NCBI RefSeq assembly: GCF_000711975.1
Contig: NZ_JONT01000020.1
Location: 1-24,000, forward strand
Source of the DNA: Desulfofalx alkaliphila DSM 12257
GTDB taxonomy: Bacteria; Bacillota; Desulfotomaculia; Desulfotomaculales; Desulfohalotomaculaceae
Length of the DNA stretch: 24,000 bases
Direction of reading: 5' to 3'
Of the stretch, positions 14,725-21,934 are shown in pieces. The notes beneath the pieces are model-generated. The model did not search any database, was not told where the DNA came from, and saw only the letters and a list, made by a program, of their open reading frames with translations. Position 1 is the first letter of the stretch. The number at the start of each line of letters is the position of its first letter. The position numbers and the translations under genes were made by a program.

Positions 14725-15492
14725 ATGCCTAATTTTTCAGTATTTAATTTTGACCCAGATAGGCTAAGGGTTAAAATCTTTGGTTCAGAGGATGTGCCAA
14801 TTAAAACTGACAGCGACGGTAATTTAGATATTCGCGATTTAAGTGAAGCTCAAGATTCCATACTAATCTATGGTTTTGACGGCACCGAAAATGTGGCCAT
14901 CAGAACAGATGATGAGGGCCGCTTGGATATTCGTGGTTTAAGTGAAGCTCAAGATTCCATACTAATCTATGGTTTTGACGGCACCGAAAATGTGGCCATC
15001 AGAACAGATGATGAGGGCCGCTTGGATATTCGTGGTTTAAGTGAAGCCCGGGATTCCATACTAATTTATGGTTTTGACGGCAATGAAAACGTGGCCATCA
15101 AAACAGATGAAGAGGGTCGGTTGGAAATAGCCGGTATTTCGGAACCCATAACTGCAATTACCACACCTAATTTTAATGAGGAAGTATACACAGAGGTGGT
15201 AACTGCTGATGACTTTACCGGTTTAGAATATGAGGATACTGCCACTCAAACGGTGTATAGCTACTTTGTTTATAACAGCGGAGACAATGATGCAGAAGTA
15301 AGGTTGGATGTAAGTGCCAACGGGGCTGACAATATATATTTCATTGACGTGGAACCAAGGGTGATTGCATCGGGCGAAACTGACGTTTTTGTACCAAACA
15401 CCTTTTTGCGTTATACCCGCTTATCTTACCGATCTGCCAATGCCGATGAGGACACAACTTTGGATATTTACTTTCAGACGCAGTCCAGTTAA
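14725..15492 (+). CDS. Uncharacterised repeat protein: four 33-aa repeats (one degenerate N-terminal repeat, three full) plus the shared C-terminal domain; no signal peptide
   Basis: The ATG at 14725 is preceded by GGGGGAGG. The repeat unit is LDIRGLSEAQDSILIYGFDGTENVAIRTDDEGR. The C-terminus, VYSYFVYNSG...YFIDVEP...GETDVFVPNTFLRYTRLSY...IYFQTQ, is paralogous to 14413-14661. Confidence 0.8.
   Translation: MPNFSVFNFDPDRLRVKIFGSEDVPIKTDSDGNLDIRDLSEAQDSILIYGFDGTENVAIRTDDEGRLDIRGLSEAQDSILIYGFDGTENVAIRTDDEGRLDIRGLSEARDSILIYGFDGNENVAIKTDEEGRLEIAGISEPITAITTPNFNEEVYTEVVTADDFTGLEYEDTATQTVYSYFVYNSGDNDAEVRLDVSANGADNIYFIDVEPRVIASGETDVFVPNTFLRYTRLSYRSANADEDTTLDIYFQTQSS
14824..15141 (+). repeat. 99-bp in-frame tandem repeat, 3.2 copies (14824-14922, 14923-15021, 15022-15120, partial to 15141), with a more degenerate copy at 14767-14823
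   Basis: Copies 1 and 2 differ at only 3 nt, all within their first 15 nt. A 111-nt block recurs perfectly at an offset of 99 nt. Copy 3 has about 10 substitutions. Confidence 0.95.
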
Positions 15493-15503
15493 ATACGAAT
15501 ACC

Positions 15504-15531
15504 AAAAGGGGAGCCAGAGGCCCCCTTTTTT
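15504..15531 (+). terminator. Rho-independent terminator after the two structural-protein genes
   Basis: aaaaggggagcc aga ggccccc tttttt: a stem with one bulged A, followed by T6. Confidence 0.75.
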
Positions 15532-15635
15532 AGTGGCAATTAGCTATACTATGGCCGCCACAAATGTAAGGTGGCGCAGCCGGTATTTTTAACGCAACTC
15601 TGTTGATAAGCATATTATAGGGAGAGGTGATAAAG

Positions 15636-17636
15636 TTGGTTAAAGGTGCTTCCCTTAGTCTGTGTATGATCGTCAAAAATGAAGAGCACTATTTAAAAAG
15701 GTGCTTGTCCAGTGCCAAAGAACTGGTTGACGAAATAATAATCGTTGACACGGGGTCAACCGATGGGACCTTAGAGATAGCTAATAATTTTGGCCACAAG
15801 GTTGCAAAAGTTCCCTGGGCAAATGACTTTAGCCTGGCCAGAAACCATTCATTAGATCTGGCCACTTGCGAATGGATTATCTATTTAGATGCAGATGAAG
15901 AGTTGGTAATTGACGATAAAGATAAATTTAAGGAGCTATTAAGGAGAAAAGATGTTGAAGGTTATTTTTTTAATATTATTAACTTTACTTCCGATACACC
16001 GGGTGGCCAGAGAATAAAACATACTAATTTACGATTATTTAAAAACAGGCCCCAATATCGTTTTAAAGGGGCCTTACATGAGCAAATTATTCCTTCTATA
16101 CTGGAGTTTAATCCAAATGCAAAATTGCTTGGTACCGATATTACTATAATTCACCATGGTTATAAAAATAAAGATATAGAGCTTAAAGACAAAAATACTC
16201 GTAATTTAAACATCCTAAAAAACCAGTTGAATAAAGATGCTGAAAATGTGTTCTTGCGTTACAATTTTGCAGTTTCACTTTTGAGAAACAAGCAGCTGGA
16301 AGAAGCGATAAACGAATTTGAAAAGATTTACAAGAAATTAGATTTGAAAGCCGGTTATACACCAACGGTGTTCAGAAATTATGCTGTATGCCTTTTAGAA
16401 AGGAACCTTCCTCAGCGGGCTTTGGAAGTTTTAGATGACGGAATAAGGCTGTTTCCCGATTACACTGATCTTCATTACCTGAAAGGTCAATGCCTAGAAA
16501 AGCTAAACAGAATAACGATGGCACAAAAATGCTACCTTCGTTGCCTGGAGATTGGTGAAGCCAACAGCAAGTATGTATCCACTGAGGGAATCGGGGGTTT
16601 TTGCCCGCTGCGCAATTTGGGAAACATGATGAAAAAAAGCGGTCATCATCAGTTGGCACTAATGTATTATCAAAGGGCTTATCAGAGCAATCCTGAGCAC
16701 CGGCAAACCTTGTTTGACTTGGGGCAGGCATTGAAAAAGGTGTTAAAAGAGCCGTTGAAGATAAGGGCATATATTAAGGACAAAATTAAAGTAACCAATA
16801 TTGAACAATTGATAAATTTGGCGGAATTGCTATATTCCGTTGACGATTATGATGGTTGTATCACTTACCTTAATGAAGCAATAATTAAAGGTGGAATTAA
16901 ATCCCCCCGGCTAACCATGTTAAAGGGAAGATGTTTGTCCCAATTGGGCAGGTGGGATGATGCCCGGCTGCAGTATCTTGAAATAGACTTAGAAAACCCA
17001 CTAATAAAAGATGCTGTGATTGAAAGCTGCCTGTGCTGTTGGTTGGCTGAGCCCATAAAAAATGCCGCTCAAATAATAGATAAGCTAAAAATAAAGGATA
17101 ACCTGACATACAGTTTTTTAAATGCCATCAATAATAATTTAATTCATCAAGAAAAAGAAAAAATCCAAGTAATGAACCCTGAAATTACCGAAAAAATAAT
17201 TGCTAAACTTATAGAGTATAGGCAGGGCGAAATGGCTAAAAAAATCATATTACTATTAGATGATTATTCTGAAGGTGAAGTTTTATATCATATTGGCAAA
17301 GCATTGTTTAACCAAAAAATCTATTTAGAGGCATCCAATTACCTATTGGATGCCCTGTCAGCTGACATAAATCACCATGATTTATATTTCATGCTGGGCA
17401 GTATTTGTTTAAACAGAAGGGCTTTGTGGGAGGCGGAACAATTAATACAGCAAGCCATACAAATTAAAGCAGAGAGCCGGTATTATGAAAAATTAGTTGA
17501 AATATTGCTGGCTCAGGCATACGAAACTGCATTGGAAGCAGTGGCGGAGTTTCCTGAAAATAATACATTTAAAAAGATATTAAATGAAATTAAGAACTGC
17601 CAGCTGGAATATGAGGTTGTGAGGGGATCTTGTTGA
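15636..17636 (+). CDS. Glycosyltransferase family 2 domain fused to a long TPR-like helical-repeat region (the architecture seen in GmaR, and in SunS with its TPR-like C-terminal domains)
   Basis: The GT2 core is LSLCMIVKNEEHYLKRCL...DEIIIVDTGSTDGT...FSLARN...IIYLDADEEL...HEQI. About 450 aa of TPR-like helical repeats follow. A TTG at 15636 lies 8 nt after GGAGAGG; the ORF-track GTG at 15627 overlaps that ribosome-binding site. Confidence 0.9.
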   Translation: MVKGASLSLCMIVKNEEHYLKRCLSSAKELVDEIIIVDTGSTDGTLEIANNFGHKVAKVPWANDFSLARNHSLDLATCEWIIYLDADEELVIDDKDKFKELLRRKDVEGYFFNIINFTSDTPGGQRIKHTNLRLFKNRPQYRFKGALHEQIIPSILEFNPNAKLLGTDITIIHHGYKNKDIELKDKNTRNLNILKNQLNKDAENVFLRYNFAVSLLRNKQLEEAINEFEKIYKKLDLKAGYTPTVFRNYAVCLLERNLPQRALEVLDDGIRLFPDYTDLHYLKGQCLEKLNRITMAQKCYLRCLEIGEANSKYVSTEGIGGFCPLRNLGNMMKKSGHHQLALMYYQRAYQSNPEHRQTLFDLGQALKKVLKEPLKIRAYIKDKIKVTNIEQLINLAELLYSVDDYDGCITYLNEAIIKGGIKSPRLTMLKGRCLSQLGRWDDARLQYLEIDLENPLIKDAVIESCLCCWLAEPIKNAAQIIDKLKIKDNLTYSFLNAINNNLIHQEKEKIQVMNPEITEKIIAKLIEYRQGEMAKKIILLLDDYSEGEVLYHIGKALFNQKIYLEASNYLLDALSADINHHDLYFMLGSICLNRRALWEAEQLIQQAIQIKAESRYYEKLVEILLAQAYETALEAVAEFPENNTFKKILNEIKNCQLEYEVVRGSC

Positions 17637-20047
17637 AAAAACTTTCTATAAGTTTATGTATGATTGTTAAAAATGAAGAATTCTCTATTATTAGATGTCT
17701 AAATAGCATTAAAAATATTGCGGATGAAATCATTATTGTGGATACCGGTTCGGTGGATAATACCATAGAAATTGCCAAGGACTTTGGTGCAAAGGTCATC
17801 GAGCATCCTTGGCAAAACAATTTCAGTGATGCCAGAAACGTTAGCTTGGAGCATGCACACGGAGACTGGATATTGTTTTTAGATGCCGATGAAGAGGTGA
17901 TGGCTGAGGACCTACATAGATTTGAAATACTTGAATCCACTGATAGGGATGGCTTTTTTCTTGTAATACTAAATCTGGATGAAAAAGGCGGTCATACCAG
18001 ACAACAATCCCTGCGGTTATTTAAAAATCAGTGCGAATATCGTTTTCAGGGAGCTATCCATGAGCAGATAATGCAGTCAATTATAAATCATAACCCTTCA
18101 GCCAGATTCGGCAGTTTAAATATTAGAATAAAACACTACGGTTACTTAAATGAACAAGTCAGCAGACATAATAAAGTTTACCGAAATATAAGCATGTTGC
18201 AGCATGAACTCATTAAAGAAAAAAACAACGGCTTTTTGTATTTTAGTCTGGGGAATGAATACATGAGGATGGGTGATTATGCCAAGGCGTTACAGTATTA
18301 TAATATGGCCGAGAATTTTACCGCAGCAGAAGTAAGTTATGCTCCCTTATTGGGTAAAAAGAAAAGTCAAGCTTTAATTAATAGAAAACTATATCAAGAG
18401 GCCCTTGGGGTATTGAAAAATTATTTAAAAATATATCCCGATTATACTGATTTGCTGTTTTTAAAAGCGGGTGTATACTATAAGACCGGTCAACACCAAC
18501 AATCCCTTAGTTTATTTAAACGATGCCTACTGCTTGGAGAAGCACCTGCCTGTTATGTATCGGAAAGTGGAGTGGGAACATATAAAGCTGAACAGGCCAT
18601 AAGAAAGGTATCCGCTTCAATGAATAAAAGCGGAATAAGCCTGTGTATGATTGTTTTCAATGAGGAAAACAATCTACCAAGATGTTTAAACAGTGCAAAA
18701 GATGTGGTGGATGAGATCATTATTGTTGATACCGGGTCGACGGATAGCACTGTACAAATAGCCAATAATTTTGGGGCTAAAGTATATCATTTTGACTGGT
18801 CAGGGGATTTTGCCGAGGCGAGAAATTATTCGTTAAAGTTTGCCACCTGCCCGTGGGTTTTAGTTTTAGATGCCGATGAAATGCTGCGACCCTGTGAACA
18901 TCAGCGGTTGCGGGAAGCAGTTGGCGTTACAGGAACAACTATGGGTTATTATCTAAAAATAATTAACTATTTTGGCCGGGGTGATGCTGAACAATATGTG
19001 GTAGATGCCGTTTGCAGACTGTTTCGGAACAGTAAAGAATTCTCTTTTTCCGGCAGAATACATGAGGAAATTTCCCAATCAATAATTAGCAGGCATGGTT
19101 TGAAGTCAATATCTCCATTGGATGTGCATATTGATCACCGGGGTTATATAGAACAACCGGGATTGAATAATAAAAACCAAAGGAATATTGGTATTTTAAA
19201 AAAACAATTAAAACAAGATCCTGAAGATGCCTATGCTCTCTATGCATTGGGCACAGAATATTTTCAACAGGGTGATTATAACAATGCCCTTGTTCAATAT
19301 TATAAGGCCCTGAGGTTGATAGACGGCAAAGATGTCATGTCTGATCTATTTTTTAAGATTGCAGTGTGTCATTTAGAACTGAAAGAATACCAAAAAGGGT
19401 TACAAATTATTGAGCAAGGTCAGCAGTTATTTGCCCATTTCACCCCCCTGTGGTATCTTCAGGGATTGATTGAGTATAAGCAAAATCAATTAACCCAAGC
19501 TTGTAGAACCTGGGAAAAAACATTGTCAATGGGGGACCCTCCATGGCACCGCTATACCTTTCCCCATGGCATAGGTGGTTTTATCACTGCCGCGGCCCTG
19601 GGTGGTTGTTATGAGAAAATGGGTTTACTTGATAAAGCGGAAAGTTTGTTAGAAAAATATTTGATAAAAGGGAAGGGAGTAAGGGCGGTTACACCCATAT
19701 ATTGTCGAATTTTATTGAAGAAATACCAAGCTAATGAATGCCTGGCAAAACTTGAGAGGTTAAACTATCCCCGTTGTTTTAAGGAAAGCATTATTCTTGC
19801 CCGAGTTTTTAGTCAGTTAGATAATGTTGAATTAGAGCACATCTATTTTAGAAAATCTTTAGATCTGTTAAGAAATCAACCTAATCAAGGGGATTACTTA
19901 CAGTTAATAGCCCTCAAACTGAAGTCTATTGATAAGTATTGCGGCTATGGCATGAAATTAGGGGATCAATCCCCCCTCTTGTCAAGGTTAAAGAGCAAGC
20001 TTATCTCACTCCGAAAGGAGGATAACAAGAACATATGCCCAAAATAG
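17630..20047 (+). CDS. Tandem GT2-TPR-GT2-TPR glycosyltransferase (two complete catalytic modules in one 805-aa protein)
   Basis: Module 1 has ISLCMIVKNEE...IIIVDTGSVDNT...FSDARN...ILFLDADEEV. Module 2, from the in-frame ATG at 18620, has GISLCMIVFNEE...IIIVDTGSTDST...FAEARN...VLVLDADEML. Each module is followed by TPR-like repeats. The TTG start overlaps the upstream stop. Confidence 0.9.
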   Translation: MLKKLSISLCMIVKNEEFSIIRCLNSIKNIADEIIIVDTGSVDNTIEIAKDFGAKVIEHPWQNNFSDARNVSLEHAHGDWILFLDADEEVMAEDLHRFEILESTDRDGFFLVILNLDEKGGHTRQQSLRLFKNQCEYRFQGAIHEQIMQSIINHNPSARFGSLNIRIKHYGYLNEQVSRHNKVYRNISMLQHELIKEKNNGFLYFSLGNEYMRMGDYAKALQYYNMAENFTAAEVSYAPLLGKKKSQALINRKLYQEALGVLKNYLKIYPDYTDLLFLKAGVYYKTGQHQQSLSLFKRCLLLGEAPACYVSESGVGTYKAEQAIRKVSASMNKSGISLCMIVFNEENNLPRCLNSAKDVVDEIIIVDTGSTDSTVQIANNFGAKVYHFDWSGDFAEARNYSLKFATCPWVLVLDADEMLRPCEHQRLREAVGVTGTTMGYYLKIINYFGRGDAEQYVVDAVCRLFRNSKEFSFSGRIHEEISQSIISRHGLKSISPLDVHIDHRGYIEQPGLNNKNQRNIGILKKQLKQDPEDAYALYALGTEYFQQGDYNNALVQYYKALRLIDGKDVMSDLFFKIAVCHLELKEYQKGLQIIEQGQQLFAHFTPLWYLQGLIEYKQNQLTQACRTWEKTLSMGDPPWHRYTFPHGIGGFITAAALGGCYEKMGLLDKAESLLEKYLIKGKGVRAVTPIYCRILLKKYQANECLAKLERLNYPRCFKESIILARVFSQLDNVELEHIYFRKSLDLLRNQPNQGDYLQLIALKLKSIDKYCGYGMKLGDQSPLLSRLKSKLISLRKEDNKNICPK

Positions 20048-21327
20048 TTGGTATTATGGTGGCAAGGAGTCAGCAAGGCTGGCTGGGTGCTTGCTTACGC
20101 GAAGCAACAAAAATTTGCGATAAGATAATAATCATTGATGATAAGTCCACAGACAGAACGATTGAAATATATAAAGCATTTCCGAAGGTGGAATATCACT
20201 GCTATCACAGAAGGATAAGCAAAAAGACAGCTTATGTTAAATTAATTCATTTGGCTAAAAAAAATAATGCGGACTGGGTTTTACTTTTGGATGCCTATGA
20301 AATATTAGAAAAAAATGCTGCTGATGTCATTGGCCGTCTGGTTGCCAGAACAGATCCCAAAGAACCGGTATTCTTATTTTACTACTTAAGATTACTGTAT
20401 TTTTGGCAAGATGCCGAATATTATATCAGCAATGGCCCTTATGCTAATAACTGGGCCCCTAGGCTGTTTACCACCTGGGGGGACGGTTGGAAACTGTTGA
20501 CAAACTGGAATTGGGAAGCCCATAGCACCGGAAAACCACTTCCGCCGCCGGAAGAATACAAAAACTATGGAAAAAGGATAAATGTTTGTATAAAAAACTA
20601 TCATTTTTTTGACGGTAATTTGGGCAATATTTTTCAGAACGGTCCTCAGTTGGTTAAATGGAAAGACAGAAAGAATATTCAATGGCAGTGCTGCCAGGGT
20701 GAGGAAACAATAAACAACTTAAAATATATTAATGAAACCATAAAAATGGTACCGCCCGGTGCCATGAAACTATTGGATGTAGGCTGTGGTCAAGGTGACT
20801 TAGGAGAGATGTTAAAACAGCAGGACCACCGAAGAGAAGTGATTGGTATAGAAAGAGATGAGATGATTGCCTGTATGGCAATGAACAAATATGATTATGT
20901 TATTGTGGGGGATATGGATAATGCAAGCTTAGAATTCCCTGTGGGTTATTTTGACTGCGTAATAGTGCAGAATATGTTAGAAAAAGCAACAGCTCCTTTG
21001 GATGTTCTTTTATATGTAAAAAAGTTTCTACATGACAGTGGTAGTCTTATTCTCAAATGTAAGAATGCAAGGAACATTAATATCATAAATGAACTGGTAA
21101 ATGAAGGGGTATGTGGCTGGGCAAATGAAAGACTTTTCACCTTAAGGGCTATAAAAGAAATGGTTTCTAGGTCTAAAATGAAAATAGAAGAGATACACCA
21201 TATACCCAATGAGGAAAAGAAGATGGCCAATATTGCACTGGGTAATTTATCTTCTCAACAGTTAAAAGAATTAGAAACCGAGTGCTTTATTATTAAAATA
21301 ATTAAGGAAAAGAAAAAGCTATCATAA
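20035..21327 (+). CDS. GT-A/GT2-like domain (degenerate DxD, reading DAY) fused to a class I SAM-dependent methyltransferase
   Basis: The N-terminus has IIIIDDKSTDRT...WVLLLDAYEIL. The C-terminus has LLDVGCGQGDLGEML (motif I) ...FDCVIVQNMLEK...GSLILKC. The start overlaps the upstream gene by 13 nt, and an AGGAGG lies at 20017-20022. Confidence 0.85.
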   Translation: MPKIVGIMVARSQQGWLGACLREATKICDKIIIIDDKSTDRTIEIYKAFPKVEYHCYHRRISKKTAYVKLIHLAKKNNADWVLLLDAYEILEKNAADVIGRLVARTDPKEPVFLFYYLRLLYFWQDAEYYISNGPYANNWAPRLFTTWGDGWKLLTNWNWEAHSTGKPLPPPEEYKNYGKRINVCIKNYHFFDGNLGNIFQNGPQLVKWKDRKNIQWQCCQGEETINNLKYINETIKMVPPGAMKLLDVGCGQGDLGEMLKQQDHRREVIGIERDEMIACMAMNKYDYVIVGDMDNASLEFPVGYFDCVIVQNMLEKATAPLDVLLYVKKFLHDSGSLILKCKNARNINIINELVNEGVCGWANERLFTLRAIKEMVSRSKMKIEEIHHIPNEEKKMANIALGNLSSQQLKELETECFIIKIIKEKKKLS

Positions 21328-21341
21328 AAGATAGCTTTTTT
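21313..21341. terminator. Bidirectional terminator between convergent genes
   Basis: aaaaagctatc ataaaa gatagctttttt: an A5 run, a 6-bp stem and a T6 run, symmetric on both strands. Confidence 0.7.
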
Positions 21342-21344
21342 AAA

Positions 21345-21827
21345 TTATTGGGCGGAACTGGCTGTATTCTTTTTGCGGTATACAATTAACTTAACTTTAA
21401 GAACTACCTTAACAATAAGATTAGCTTTTTGGCCGGCGATTTTAGATGAGGTATCAGCGGGAATGCCCACTATGGTAATGGCCTTAATTTTACTCTGTTC
21501 TTTGACCTCATCGCCCGGGCGTATGTTATCTAATTTTTGTACTGACTGAATGGGAACGACAACTTCTTTGATGAGACCCCCTTTTGCATCGGGGCAGTGG
21601 GCGGAGTTCTGCAGTTTAAAAAGTAGTTTTAGTTTAATAAATCCTTCATTAATAAGCAGATTCTTTTTTATTATGGGAGTTAATACAGGATCACCCACGG
21701 GCTTGCTCTCTACCGGCACTAATAAATCGCCGGTTTTTGGGTCAATTTCTACCCCTATGGGTGCAGGAATGGTGGTTTCGCCAACTTTAATAAACTCTTT
21801 TTTAGCAACTATAAAATCACTGCTCAT
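21345..21827 (-). CDS. Hypothetical 160-aa beta-rich protein with no signal peptide; possibly SPOCS/DUF3794-like (spore-coat-associated fold)
   Basis: A good ribosome-binding site (AAGGAGAG) precedes the ATG. The alternating hydrophobic pattern (LLINEGFIKLKLLF..., IKEVVVPIQSVQKLDNIRPGDEV..., ANLIVKVVLKVKLIVY) recalls DUF3794-type domains. That assignment is from memory only. Confidence 0.6.
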   Translation of the reverse strand: MSSDFIVAKKEFIKVGETTIPAPIGVEIDPKTGDLLVPVESKPVGDPVLTPIIKKNLLINEGFIKLKLLFKLQNSAHCPDAKGGLIKEVVVPIQSVQKLDNIRPGDEVKEQSKIKAITIVGIPADTSSKIAGQKANLIVKVVLKVKLIVYRKKNTASSAQ

Positions 21828-21934
21828 GGCTACTCTCCTTCTTGTTTTTTATACATAATACTCTCTTCAATATATAATGTGATATTGCAATAATGTAGTA
21901 AAATATTCCAAAAGTTAGGGGTTGCGCTGAAAAT

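Noticed and set aside
15365-15592. A 75-aa ORF overlapping the end of the repeat-protein gene and running through its terminator
   Set aside because: It is out of frame with a well-supported gene, spans the terminator hairpin at 15504-15531 and has no ribosome-binding site.
15611-15619. A second SigK-like -10 match (CATATTATA, with AC 17 nt upstream) in front of the first GT2-TPR gene
   Set aside because: The element abuts the ribosome-binding site (15621-15627). A transcript started from it would lack the Shine-Dalgarno sequence and the start codon region. It is most likely a chance match in AT-rich sequence.
16183-17940. Minus-strand ORFs within the GT2-TPR genes (16183-16365, 16372-16770, 16865-17109, 17590-17940, 18553-18765)
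   Set aside because: They are antisense shadows of long, motif-rich glycosyltransferase frames with no independent support.
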